A DNA stretch of 30,143 nucleotides from a virus (taxonomy: Duplodnaviria; Caudoviricetes): positions 1 through 30,143 of IMG/VR virus record IMGVR_UViG_3300006789_000101; one strand, written 5' to 3'. The notes beneath the pieces were generated by a model. The model had not been told where the DNA came from. It did no database searches and saw nothing but the letters and a program-made list of their open reading frames with translations. Position 1 is the stretch's first letter, and the number at the start of each line of letters is the position of its first letter. A program made the translations under genes and the position numbers. This document shows positions 17,305-26,206 of the stretch, one piece after another.

Positions 17305-17674
17305 GATTTTTGTATTTGTTTATAAGTTCAACTAAATCCGAATCGGTAAACTTAGCCGTTCGGTTACTCTTATTCATAAGCTCCTCAGCAGTTCCAGCTC
17401 CATACTTTTGGTCGATATGGATACTCATCTTATACTGCTGACCTTGCTTCCACATATTACACCCTTGACATTGGGCGTGAACATTCTGTTCATCCCATCG
17501 AGTAGAGTATTTACCTCGGCTCATAAAGTGACCAGCTTGCATCTGCTTAATCGGCTTGACTACTCCGCAAGTTGAGCATGAGCACATATCATCCTGAGAG
17601 TCTCTCCTCCTGATGTATTGACTGAATACGGTATCCAGCTGCTTGACGATTGCCTTTCTACTTCGCTTCTTCAT
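17297..17674 (-). CDS. ninG: NinG/Rap-like recombination endonuclease
   Basis: LDTVFSQYIRRRD, CSTCG, AGHFMSR, TRWDEQNVHAQC..CN. Confidence 0.9.
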   Translation of the reverse strand: MKKRSRKAIVKQLDTVFSQYIRRRDSQDDMCSCSTCGVVKPIKQMQAGHFMSRGKYSTRWDEQNVHAQCQGCNMWKQGQQYKMSIHIDQKYGAGTAEELMNKSNRTAKFTDSDLVELINKYKNHG

Positions 17675-18054
17675 AGCTCTCTCCTTTCGTGGTCTCTCTG
17701 AGATTGCAATGAATCAACTACCAGCTGCTGCTGCCTGAGCCGTTGTCTAAGGCTCTCTAAACACTCATCATACTCAGACAAGGTAAGAGCAAGGTAATAA
17801 CCCTTTGACGAGCTTAGAACGCCTGATATCAAGTTATACAATCTGATATGGCTAATCATCTTACGCAGCTTAACGGGAGTGAGCTTATACTTACCCAGCC
17901 TCCCCGTAGCGTTAACTTTAGAGCATATCTCTGTCCCTGAGATAGCTTTCTCCTTGCCTAACTTAGAGCGAAGCCCTGCCAATATAATCGGCAAGGCTTC
18001 ACTCTCCTCAAATGGAGTTAGGTCTTCGGTTATCTTCTCGAATCCTACTAACAT
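17671..18054 (-). CDS. Hypothetical winged-helix-like protein
   Basis: LRKMISHIR...SSSKGYYLA motif. Confidence 0.6.
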   Translation of the reverse strand: MLVGFEKITEDLTPFEESEALPIILAGLRSKLGKEKAISGTEICSKVNATGRLGKYKLTPVKLRKMISHIRLYNLISGVLSSSKGYYLALTLSEYDECLESLRQRLRQQQLVVDSLQSQRDHERREL

Positions 18055-18410
18055 CAGAATGGCAAGTTATCATCTTGTTGCTCGTTGAATTGCTGAGCCA
18101 TATCTCCAGCTGGATAAGGATTGACTGCATCAGTCTGAGCTGCTCCTTGAATCTTCCATGCTATCAGATTAGTGAACCATCTCTCCTTATACTCCTTACA
18201 TTCGATATTAAACTCTACATCTACCTCGTCCCCTATGCTATTGGAGTACCTCTCCATAGTCTTAGCGAATAGGGTGAAGTGATAGAACGCCTCAGCATCC
18301 TTGTAGCCATCATTATTCTGAATGACAAGCTCTGCTTTCGAGTATTGCTTTCCAGCTTTCGATACTCCTGACGCATCTTTGTACGATACTACTTTTCCTC
18401 TTACTTTCAT
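18054..18410 (-). CDS. Single-stranded DNA-binding protein (DUF3127-like)
   Basis: OB-fold-like; GVSKAGK, VDVEFNI, WFTNLIAWKI; acidic tail DDNLPF. Confidence 0.8.
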   Translation of the reverse strand: MKVRGKVVSYKDASGVSKAGKQYSKAELVIQNNDGYKDAEAFYHFTLFAKTMERYSNSIGDEVDVEFNIECKEYKERWFTNLIAWKIQGAAQTDAVNPYPAGDMAQQFNEQQDDNLPF

Positions 18411-18411
18411 G

Positions 18412-19095
18412 TTATTGATTGATTGGTGATAATTGTGTTAATGTTAAATTGAAATTTCCGCATTCTTCTACTCGGCTCTTGATAGCTTCCCATGCCTCCT
18501 CGTCCCATTCTACCTCAAAGGTCTTCACCCTGAGCTCGATAGGTATATGTCCGAAAGTCATGTTTCTTCGAACCTCATCCTCAGCAGCTTCAAGAACCTC
18601 CTCAGCTCCCATCCTATAAGCCATAGAATCGAGCTCTCTTCTTATGAGATGCTCAGGAGTATCTACAAGGCAGTAATCGAGATACGCTTTCCTCTTACCC
18701 GTTAGAGCCATGTAACCCATGAGCTGCCAATAGTAATCCTTATTAGGTATGACCTCATCGAATAGAGGGTAAGTATCGATGCTCCATGAGCACTTGATAT
18801 CCCTGACTGAGTCCTGATAAATTAGGTCAGGAGTTCCCGTTAGATAATCGTCAGAGAAATGCTCCTCGTTCTTAACTATGAACGGGTCGAGCTCATATCT
18901 CCCAGCGACCAATTCAATCGCCTCGTCCTCCATTATCAGCCCTTTATCGAGATACTTATTACTAAAGGTTCTACGAACTCCGAGAACCTCCTCCTTAACT
19001 ATCTGCTTTACGCAGCTCTGAGCAGTCTTTGAAAGCTCTCCTTTCTTGCGTGAATTGGTCATAACCTGACCGAGTGAACTACATCTGATTTTCAT
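18412..19095 (-). CDS. YqaJ/lambda-exonuclease-like nuclease
   Basis: IRCSSLG, KG...EDEA, GTPD, DIKCSW, YYWQLMGYM. Confidence 0.85.
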   Translation of the reverse strand: MKIRCSSLGQVMTNSRKKGELSKTAQSCVKQIVKEEVLGVRRTFSNKYLDKGLIMEDEAIELVAGRYELDPFIVKNEEHFSDDYLTGTPDLIYQDSVRDIKCSWSIDTYPLFDEVIPNKDYYWQLMGYMALTGKRKAYLDYCLVDTPEHLIRRELDSMAYRMGAEEVLEAAEDEVRRNMTFGHIPIELRVKTFEVEWDEEAWEAIKSRVEECGNFNLTLTQLSPINQ

Positions 19096-19643
19096 GATTC
19101 TGTTTTATTTGATTCTACAACTATTTGCTTCCATACTGAATCCGAGATGCTAACGTGCTCAGTCATCTCATCTCTACTCATGCCCTCTCCATATCGGTCA
19201 ACGCAATGCTGGAACATCTTAGTTCCCTTTGTTACCGCTTTCTTCGCTGGAGCTTTAGTTGCTACCTGAGCTCCAGCTGCATCAGTATCCTCATCTACTA
19301 CTATCCCAAGCATGGAGCTGAGAGCGTATCTGCGATAGTATGTAATAGCTGAACCATCAGATTGAAACTGATTCATACCCTTGAGCATAACTCCGTCAGG
19401 GATATCAATGTAGCTCGTCTCACTCTCTCCCGATGATATATGAACGAGCTTCGTCATTATTGACCTATTGACGAGAGGCTGTAGTAGAACCAGCTTATGC
19501 TTCCTGAGAAGAGGCTGGATGACATCCATGATACTCGGTAGGTCGGCATACTTATACCCGTACCCTTTCGCTCCTTTATTGATGGCTGGACATTCATTCT
19601 GAAAGTCGCTGAGAGCTTGCCATATTGTTTTCGTTTTTTCCAT
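19092..19643 (-). CDS. erf: ERF-family ssDNA annealing recombinase
   Basis: YKYADL, GSAITYYRRYALSSMLGI, DEDTD. Confidence 0.9.
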   Translation of the reverse strand: MEKTKTIWQALSDFQNECPAINKGAKGYGYKYADLPSIMDVIQPLLRKHKLVLLQPLVNRSIMTKLVHISSGESETSYIDIPDGVMLKGMNQFQSDGSAITYYRRYALSSMLGIVVDEDTDAAGAQVATKAPAKKAVTKGTKMFQHCVDRYGEGMSRDEMTEHVSISDSVWKQIVVESNKTES

Positions 19644-19652
19644 GATAATTAC

Positions 19653-19901
19653 TTACTTGATTAGTTGATTAAGTGGTGTGAATTTAATTCCTCGTTCACG
19701 TAGGAACTCGGCAGTAATAGCGTAGATGCGATTAGCATCAATTCGTCTACTCGGACGATAGGTACTCAGGACATCCACTACTGTGCTTCTCGGAAAGCCT
19801 GACCTCTCCGATACTGCTTTGATTCCTCCGAGAGGAAGTAGCCGTAGTGTTCGTTTTAATATTGCTTGTTCTTTCATTTCGCTAAGATAACAATTAAGCA
19901 C
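19653..19901 (-). CDS. Hypothetical HTH-like protein
   Basis: IKAVSERSGFPRSTVVDVL resembles an HTH. Confidence 0.5.
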   Translation of the reverse strand: MLNCYLSEMKEQAILKRTLRLLPLGGIKAVSERSGFPRSTVVDVLSTYRPSRRIDANRIYAITAEFLRERGIKFTPLNQLIK

Positions 19902-20145
19902 CCCTTTGTAGGGCTATATTTGACCCAATCTGAAGCCAATCGTATCGGTCAGATAATCCTAAGTCTCGGAGTAAGCTCTCCATCTTTCTCGGAGAGAGAA
20001 CTATAACCGCATCTCGAATCTCTGACATCATCAGAATAGTCAGCATCTTACAATACCTCTGATTTCTAACGCTCATAAACTCCGACATCTTATAGATGTA
20101 TTGCTCCAGCTTTTGAGGCTCTATATTCTTGCTTAGTATATCCAT
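19894..20145 (-). CDS. Hypothetical protein
   Basis: 83 aa ORF in the early operon. Confidence 0.5.
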   Translation of the reverse strand: MDILSKNIEPQKLEQYIYKMSEFMSVRNQRYCKMLTILMMSEIRDAVIVLSPRKMESLLRDLGLSDRYDWLQIGSNIALQRGA

Positions 20146-20345
20146 TGGTAGTCTCCTTTTTCATTGAAATTATTCATCCAAATTACCAGCAGTCTCTTAG
20201 CCTCAGGTCGGTCAATTCCAAATATCGTAGCGATATAAGGAACTGCTCCGAACATATTGGTTGAGCCCTCTGCTCTGAGCTGATTAAGGTATTCACATAC
20301 CATTACTTCGAGCTCTGAGGCTCTTCTCTTAGTTGCATCTCCCAT
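20133..20345 (-). CDS. Hypothetical conserved-type phage protein
   Basis: YLNQLRAEGSTNMFGAVPYI motif. Confidence 0.65.
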   Translation of the reverse strand: MGDATKRRASELEVMVCEYLNQLRAEGSTNMFGAVPYIATIFGIDRPEAKRLLVIWMNNFNEKGDYQWIY

Positions 20346-20515
20346 TATTTCTTCTCTTCTTTTTCGGGTATTAGGTTTATAACTTCATCTTCCTCTTTCC
20401 ATTGCTTTTCTTTCCAATAGCTTACAATGGGTTCGTCCATTGAGCAGTCTATGTAGAAGGTCATATCTCTGATTGTTATGTAAACAACCTCTTGTGTGTT
20501 TGGCTTGATTATCAT
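20345..20515 (-). CDS. Hypothetical protein (56 aa), not in ORF track
   Basis: MIIKPNTQEVVYITIRDMTFYIDCSMDEPIVSYW...; ATGA and TAATG overlaps. Confidence 0.65.
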   Translation of the reverse strand: MIIKPNTQEVVYITIRDMTFYIDCSMDEPIVSYWKEKQWKEEDEVINLIPEKEEKK

Positions 20516-20790
20516 GGGTTCAGGTTTATGAGTTTAATACGACCAGCTGCTATCTCCTTTCGAGTCTCTCCCGAAGTAAGCCCCAGCCATTGATTACGAT
20601 ACTTTGAAGTGGTTCGGGAGTAGTCCCAATAATACTCGTCAAGATAGATATCCTGACCCTCCCATTTACCGATGATTGAGCCGTAGCTCTGAAACCATTC
20701 TACGCCATCGTGATTGATGACAAACTGATTAGCTACCTCCTTATCAGAGGCTTTGCTCACCATGTTCTTTACCTTAATAAATTTCTCCAT
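20512..20790 (-). CDS. Hypothetical early protein
   Basis: VANQF, FQSYGSII, WDYSRTTSKYRNQWL motif. Confidence 0.7.
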   Translation of the reverse strand: MEKFIKVKNMVSKASDKEVANQFVINHDGVEWFQSYGSIIGKWEGQDIYLDEYYWDYSRTTSKYRNQWLGLTSGETRKEIAAGRIKLINLNP

Positions 20791-20792
20791 GA

Positions 20793-20984
20793 TTATTTGA
20801 TTGTTTTTCTGATTACTTCGTCATACAATTCGATGGCGGCATTTACACGACCATCTCTATACCTATCTACTGCTTCGGAATTGGTTGATATGGCTGAGTA
20901 TAATTTGCCATACTTTTCAATGGTCACTTTATAGTGCCCCCATCCTGAGCGTCTTACTCCTTTTACTCTGTCTTGCTTCTTCAT
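20793..20984 (-). CDS. Hypothetical early protein
   Basis: SGWGHYKVTI; shares the AATCAAATAATC-ATG leader. Confidence 0.65.
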   Translation of the reverse strand: MKKQDRVKGVRRSGWGHYKVTIEKYGKLYSAISTNSEAVDRYRDGRVNAAIELYDEVIRKTIK

Positions 20985-21002
20985 GATTATTTGATTATTT
21001 GA

Positions 21003-21254
21003 TTATTGATTTCCATAATTAACTCTTAACCCTTTCTTACGCAAGGCTTTCACATGCTTAACATGCCCTTTCATAATCTGACACGCTGCTGATTTGCTCT
21101 CAATACCTGAGGAGATAATGAACCACTCCTCAGACTGATACCAAGTATTCTGCCCCACCATCATATCATGCTTATTTTGAGCAACCTTATAATATCGAGC
21201 CCTCTCATCTTTATTAACTATTACCATCCATTCCATACTATTCTGCTTTTCCAT
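21003..21254 (-). CDS. Hypothetical early protein
   Basis: First ORF after the promoter; AATCAATAATC-ATG leader. Confidence 0.6.
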   Translation of the reverse strand: MEKQNSMEWMVIVNKDERARYYKVAQNKHDMMVGQNTWYQSEEWFIISSGIESKSAACQIMKGHVKHVKALRKKGLRVNYGNQ

Positions 21255-21315
21255 GATTATTGATTTTTAATTGTTTAACTTATTTGAGCACCCACCATTG
21301 GGCTCTCTTCATCCC

Positions 21316-21349
21316 CAAATATATGTAATTGTTTTGGTATAATAACAAA
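21316..21349 (-). promoter_or_regulatory. Bacteroidota housekeeping-sigma early promoter
   Basis: TTTG-N22-TATATTTG matches the -33 TTTG / -7 TAnnTTTG consensus. Confidence 0.7.
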
Positions 21350-21354
21350 AGTAT

Positions 21355-21381
21355 GAAAAGAAAATAGAGCCTTAGAGCTCC
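21355..21381 (-). terminator. Possible weak intrinsic terminator
   Basis: GGAGCT-CTAA-GGCTCT hairpin followed by ATTTTCTTTT at the end of the phosphoesterase gene. Confidence 0.35.
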
Positions 21382-22085
21382 ATCATCTGATTGATAACCG
21401 TATGCCCTCCGATGGAAACCGCGCAGCCTATCGCTGGTTTCTTCCCTCTCTTGGCATAAGCGAATGCATACTTATCGTTATCGATTCCGCAGCCTACTTG
21501 AGTCCCGAATACCTTAAAGTTTTGACCTACGTAATATTCCGTATAGCATTGGGTATGGAGATGTCCTTGAATGGTGCTTTGCATATCAGCTCTACATTTT
21601 GTCCGAGCCGTTCCACCCTCTCCATGAATGTATTGGACATTATCATAAACCACCCGGTCAGTAAATCTCCAACTTGGAGCTCTCAGGACTTCGTTGTAGC
21701 TCTTAATCCATGCCTTTGGAATCCCTCCACTAAAGGCTTTACGAGCTACCATTCTATCATGGTTACCTATAATCACATCAGCTACGGGAAAGGTCTCAAT
21801 CCATTGCTGGAGCTTATTGATTGCCAGCTCCAATTCATCCCCAGCTGAGATACCATCAGGGTCAGTTTCGTGATAGCTTGAGTAGTGGTTATCAATTATA
21901 TCTCCGATGAATACTACCTGATTACAATTCCATCTCTGATATGTATCAACGCAATGCTGATAATAGCCCTCAAGAGAGAATGGTTCGTGGAGGTCTCCGA
22001 TAACTAAGATGCGCCTCTCCTGAGCAGTTAGATTATTGAAAGCAGCTAATCGGTTACCGCTTAATCTCGGTCTTTGCTCAGTCAT
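21372..22085 (-). CDS. Calcineurin-like metallophosphoesterase
   Basis: GDLH, GDIID, GNHD, HG, GHLH motifs; likely start MTEQRPRL at 22085. Confidence 0.9.
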   Translation of the reverse strand: MTEQRPRLSGNRLAAFNNLTAQERRILVIGDLHEPFSLEGYYQHCVDTYQRWNCNQVVFIGDIIDNHYSSYHETDPDGISAGDELELAINKLQQWIETFPVADVIIGNHDRMVARKAFSGGIPKAWIKSYNEVLRAPSWRFTDRVVYDNVQYIHGEGGTARTKCRADMQSTIQGHLHTQCYTEYYVGQNFKVFGTQVGCGIDNDKYAFAYAKRGKKPAIGCAVSIGGHTVINQMMEL

Positions 22086-22278
22086 TCTCTGCATGAACTT
22101 GATATGCAAACTCAGTATCGAGCCTTGCTATTTCCATGAGGTCATTCTCCCACTCCTTAGCAGCCTGAGCTCTCTCTTCGGTAGTAGATTCTACTCCAAG
22201 ATTAGCCTGACGAGAGGCGTTCTTCTTGAGATATCTATCAATTGCTTCTCGTATTCCTTGGTTCTCGTGATATGTCAT
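22078..22278 (-). CDS. Hypothetical protein
   Basis: 66 aa, coupled to neighbours. Confidence 0.6.
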   Translation of the reverse strand: MTYHENQGIREAIDRYLKKNASRQANLGVESTTEERAQAAKEWENDLMEIARLDTEFAYQVHAEND

Positions 22279-22859
22279 AGTTGGTATCCTAATATTCCAC
22301 TGATTTGATGGTTAATACTATATCCGTAATCTACTCCAAACATAAATCTTTTATGCGAGAACAGAATCCCTCCTCCAATAACGGGAGATGTAGAGCTCTT
22401 GAAATCACTTATTACTCCAGCTCGAGCATAGAGCCCTATTCGTAGCCTCTCAGGAGATGAGCTCAGAGATATCTGAAGTCTCTCAGATTGGTTCTGATAA
22501 TTGCTCCAGCTGACTCGGACTGAACTACGCTTAAACTGAGCAATAGTGTCATAATTAAGCTTCTCAGAGAGCCATGCCTCTACTATTTTAACTGTATCAA
22601 TCAATATAAGCGTATCTAAGCGCATAACTATTTGCTCTGATAGGATTGTATCAAAAGTTTCTATTATGCTCTTAGAGACATATCTAACGGAGTCAGTTTT
22701 CCATCTCTCCACGTATTCTACCGTAGGAACGAGCTTCTCAATAGTGATAGTTTCGGGCTCAGGCTCTCCGCATCCACGAGCTCCGAGTAAGATTCCAACC
22801 ACCAAAGCAGCCGCAACCATCCAATACTCCTTAATGAAATACGATAGGATGCTATGCAA
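22275..22859 (-). CDS. Membrane-anchored lysis accessory (spanin-like)
   Basis: N-terminal TM helix ending in GARGC; beta-strand-rich C-terminus ending GYQL; follows the endolysin. Confidence 0.5.
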   Translation of the reverse strand: MHSILSYFIKEYWMVAAALVVGILLGARGCGEPEPETITIEKLVPTVEYVERWKTDSVRYVSKSIIETFDTILSEQIVMRLDTLILIDTVKIVEAWLSEKLNYDTIAQFKRSSVRVSWSNYQNQSERLQISLSSSPERLRIGLYARAGVISDFKSSTSPVIGGGILFSHKRFMFGVDYGYSINHQISGILGYQL

Positions 22860-23313
22860 AGTAAAGCTCAGATTCTTCTGCTCTTCTTGCTACCAATCCG
22901 TTGAGGACTTTACCTCCTGATTTAACCCAGCGTTTCATCTCTCTCTCAATGTTCTGATTTGATGGGTCGTTATTGATTAAGATGAGCATGGTACTCCTCT
23001 TGAGATTCCCGATACCGAGATTGTAAGTAAACGATATTAGAGCTCCCAGCTGGTTAGGACTTAACTCATGTTTCAAGACTTTCCTGACCTGAGCCTCTAC
23101 ATCCTTGACATGGCTGATAAGAATCTCCTGAGCTCTATCTCGGTCAATCTTCTCATCAGTCATCTTGACCTCCTCTCCATCCTCGTAGAATGTAGAGCCG
23201 TAGCCAATAGTAGGGACTCCAGCTGGACATAAGTATGCCTCAGGCATAAAACCCTCCCATTTCTTGATAAGCTTGATAGCAGCTCCTACCGCTTTGCTTT
23301 TCTTCTTTGCCAT
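22852..23313 (-). CDS. Endolysin, GH24 lysozyme
   Basis: WEG...YLCPAGVPTIGYG, ALISFTYNLG, GLVARRAEE. Confidence 0.95.
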   Translation of the reverse strand: MAKKKSKAVGAAIKLIKKWEGFMPEAYLCPAGVPTIGYGSTFYEDGEEVKMTDEKIDRDRAQEILISHVKDVEAQVRKVLKHELSPNQLGALISFTYNLGIGNLKRSTMLILINNDPSNQNIEREMKRWVKSGGKVLNGLVARRAEESELYFA

Positions 23314-23314
23314 G

Positions 23315-23545
23315 TTATTTCATTTTACATCTATTCTCCTTGAGCTCACCTTTCATTTCTGTTAGTGCTCTCGTATTATTGGAGATGACATCAGCGAATT
23401 TATCTACGTGGTCGTTATTAGCATCGTTCCATTCTTTGCGCTCGTCTCGATGTATATCGGTCAGCTTGTTTAGATAGTATAAAAGGATACCTAAGATGAC
23501 TCCTGAGAGACCGAATGAGGTAAGAGCTTCGAGTAGAATTTCCAT
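23315..23545 (-). CDS. Putative holin
   Basis: Single N-terminal TM plus coiled coil, directly upstream of the endolysin. Confidence 0.55.
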   Translation of the reverse strand: MEILLEALTSFGLSGVILGILLYYLNKLTDIHRDERKEWNDANNDHVDKFADVISNNTRALTEMKGELKENRCKMK

Positions 23546-23760
23546 TATAAAACTAAGTTTCCTTGTTCGTCTATGTCAGGAATGATACCCCACTCTGCTA
23601 ACTCAGCTATCCATTGCGCCTCATCTGTAAATTCATCGAATATCCAAATCGTATTGAAGACTTGGTTTGGGTCAACCCAACCATAAGACTTGACTTCTGT
23701 TCGCTCGTTATCGAAACAGATATAGTAGGTTCTAACTGATGGGTATTTTATTTCGTTCAT
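23545..23760 (-). CDS. Hypothetical protein (possible fibre chaperone)
   Basis: 71 aa after the DUF285 gene. Confidence 0.55.
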   Translation of the reverse strand: MNEIKYPSVRTYYICFDNERTEVKSYGWVDPNQVFNTIWIFDEFTDEAQWIAELAEWGIIPDIDEQGNLVL

Positions 23761-23770
23761 CTTATTTGTT

Positions 23771-24916
23771 TTAAGCTGCTCCTCCGTCTGTGATTCCTCC
23801 CCACTTAGAGATTAGACTTGTTCGTGCAGTTTCTGCTGCGCCTCCACTTGTATACTTACTTCCACCGAAATTAACAGTCCCTGAGTAAGACATAGCTCCT
23901 TGAGCATCCCAAGCGATTAGCAAAGCATCATAATTAGCCGTTGTGATACCCGTTGCTCCATTCATGAAAGCCTGCAAATTCCCTTGGTTGATATCCCAAC
24001 CATCCATAGCACCCCGAAACGCATCACATTGATTTAACATATATCGAAAGTCGGTTGCATTTGAAGTGTCGAAGCCACTTATATCACCATTCATTTTTGT
24101 ACAGCCACTAAAAGTTCTATTGAAACCTGCAACATTCGAAGTATCCCAAGAATCTAAACCTGTTCCCGTAAATTTCGTGCAACTTTGCATCATGCCGTAT
24201 AAATTACAATTAGTTCCAAACGATAAATTTGCAACTGAAGAATTGAACGAAGTACAACTACGCATCATCTCATAGGCAGTAGTTACGCCTGAAAAATCTT
24301 GACCATCTAAACTTCTATTCCAAGCAGAATTTCCGTTAAACATTTGAGCGACATTTGTTACGCCTGAGTGTATCCATCCGTCAATGATTGGGTTTAGACC
24401 ATTTGCTCTGAAAGCGTGATTAAATGCAGTAGCGGTTGAAACATCCCAACCACTTAAATCAGGAGTTCCCAAAGAATGACAATTGTAAAAGAAGTATTCA
24501 AAAGAAGTTGATGTCACAATTGGTGCATCTGTTGCCGAGATAGTAAAATTAGAACATCCGAAAAATCCCCTTGAATAATCAAGCGTTAAATCACCCCAAT
24601 TCGAAACATCAAGAAGTTTTGTTTTATCACCAGTATTATTAAAAACGAATCCGACCATCGTACCGCTAAGCGTAATGGTGTAAATTCCAGCAGTTGCAAA
24701 TGTATGCGTTCTATTTGCGTAGCTTAGACTTGAACTTGAGGAATCTCCCCAATCAATTGTCCCTGAATATGTACCTGCTGGTCGTAACGGCAACGTGATG
24801 CTATCACCATCACTTGCTACATTCCATGTGGCAACGAAGTCAGGATTTCCAGCCGCACCTCCTCCTCTTCCAGCTTTATTAAAAGATGTCCCTACTCGAT
24901 TGAATAAAGATGGCAT
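23771..24916 (-). CDS. DUF285/BspA-like repeat protein with PKD-like domain (putative virion adhesin)
   Basis: IDWGD..HTFATAGIYTITL PKD motif; WDVS/WDTSNV..MF repeats; NYDALL..W and LISKWGGITDGG C-terminus. Confidence 0.8.
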   Translation of the reverse strand: MPSLFNRVGTSFNKAGRGGGAAGNPDFVATWNVASDGDSITLPLRPAGTYSGTIDWGDSSSSSLSYANRTHTFATAGIYTITLSGTMVGFVFNNTGDKTKLLDVSNWGDLTLDYSRGFFGCSNFTISATDAPIVTSTSFEYFFYNCHSLGTPDLSGWDVSTATAFNHAFRANGLNPIIDGWIHSGVTNVAQMFNGNSAWNRSLDGQDFSGVTTAYEMMRSCTSFNSSVANLSFGTNCNLYGMMQSCTKFTGTGLDSWDTSNVAGFNRTFSGCTKMNGDISGFDTSNATDFRYMLNQCDAFRGAMDGWDINQGNLQAFMNGATGITTANYDALLIAWDAQGAMSYSGTVNFGGSKYTSGGAAETARTSLISKWGGITDGGAA

Positions 24917-24919
24917 AGC

Positions 24920-25189
24920 TTATCCGTTGTAGATTACTACTGAGCCTGATGCAAGAGTAATAGATGTAATTGAGCTCTGCTCAGGAACGGTTATCAGAGA
25001 ACCAGCTTTTAATACTGCTGCGGAATCTAATCCATAAGCAGCAAGAGAGCCGACTCCACCTACTGCGAAAGCTGAGAATGTAGTATCCTCCTGAGCTATC
25101 AAGCAGTAAGCTCCGAGAGAGCCATGAGCTCCCGTTCCCGTTAGTAGTTTTGAACCCTTAGAGCCCGATATTCTTTGGTCGTAAGTCAT
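24920..25189 (-). CDS. Small virion structural protein
   Basis: 89 aa beta-rich, ends ITSITLASGSVVIY. Confidence 0.55.
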   Translation of the reverse strand: MTYDQRISGSKGSKLLTGTGAHGSLGAYCLIAQEDTTFSAFAVGGVGSLAAYGLDSAAVLKAGSLITVPEQSSITSITLASGSVVIYNG

Positions 25190-25190
25190 A

Positions 25191-25619
25191 TTAAATTGGT
25201 ATTTGACACTTGTTATAATTGTAAGATTGAGTCAAGCTAAGAACACAAGAATGACCACTTACCTTATCATCAAATCGTTCCGTAAATGGGTCGAATGATA
25301 CTGATGGTTGAATGGTTACTCCCTCTGTATGGAGCTGACGAAAGTATGCTACAAAGTCAAGAAGAATCAGAAGCGTATCGCTAAGGACTTCCTCCTCATT
25401 CTCCTCAGCTGGGAGAACCCTATCCATGCAGATTAGCCTGATATCATAAGTCAGAGTTCTATCTGATACAGAAGCAGAATCTTCTATTGCCCAAAGGACA
25501 ACGTAATCAAGCTCCTTTGGTTGAATCTCCCATACATCTCCCTGACCGTACTGAGCTATCTGCTGGTGAGCATTCGCTTCCGTTTCGATTAGTTGAAATA
25601 TTTGATTGAGAGTGTACAT
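25191..25619 (-). CDS. Tail terminator/completion-like protein
   Basis: VLSDTL.ILLD, PFTERFDDKVSG, C-terminal CQIP. Confidence 0.6.
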   Translation of the reverse strand: MYTLNQIFQLIETEANAHQQIAQYGQGDVWEIQPKELDYVVLWAIEDSASVSDRTLTYDIRLICMDRVLPAEENEEEVLSDTLLILLDFVAYFRQLHTEGVTIQPSVSFDPFTERFDDKVSGHSCVLSLTQSYNYNKCQIPI

Positions 25620-25648
25620 ATCTTTTAAGCTTTCGCTGATTCTTGAGA

Positions 25649-26206
25649 TTAGCGTTTCGACTCATATTTGTCCTTTAAGCTGGTATAGTTTGGTCTGCGC
25701 CCTAAGTAGATTCCCGTAGTGAATACTCGAGTATCAGGCTGGATAACATCAAGCCCATCATCAGGGTTAGCATAAGCTGGGTAATCAGAAGAGTTCTCAA
25801 GGAGAAAACTTACGAGCCTCTCGGTGTACCATTCTGCCTTATCCTTATACTTCTGAGATATGAAGTTAATCTCATCTAAGGAAGCCGTTTGACTATTCTC
25901 AGAGCTCTGCTGCATTACGCCCTTATTCAGAAACTTGTAGCTGATAGCTGACGGAGCTTCTGCCTGAACCCAATACAATAGCATAGGCTGGATATAATCA
26001 TTCAGAAGAGTAGTATTTGCAGCCGTTAAAGTGCTACCAATAATCTGAGTCTTGAGTTCATTATACATAGTCGTTCCCAGCTTAGGCTGAAGATGTATAT
26101 CTTGACTCAGAATGATAACGGGACGAATGAACTTAAAGTCAATATTCTCATGGAGGAGAGTATTGTCTTTTACGAACGCCTCTGATATGAATAATACGTT
26201 TGCCAT
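25649..26206 (-). CDS. Head-tail adaptor protein
   Basis: LFISE, QDIHLQPKLGT.MY, YIQPML, KAEWYTERL; immediately after the portal. Confidence 0.6.
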   Translation of the reverse strand: MANVLFISEAFVKDNTLLHENIDFKFIRPVIILSQDIHLQPKLGTTMYNELKTQIIGSTLTAANTTLLNDYIQPMLLYWVQAEAPSAISYKFLNKGVMQQSSENSQTASLDEINFISQKYKDKAEWYTERLVSFLLENSSDYPAYANPDDGLDVIQPDTRVFTTGIYLGRRPNYTSLKDKYESKR

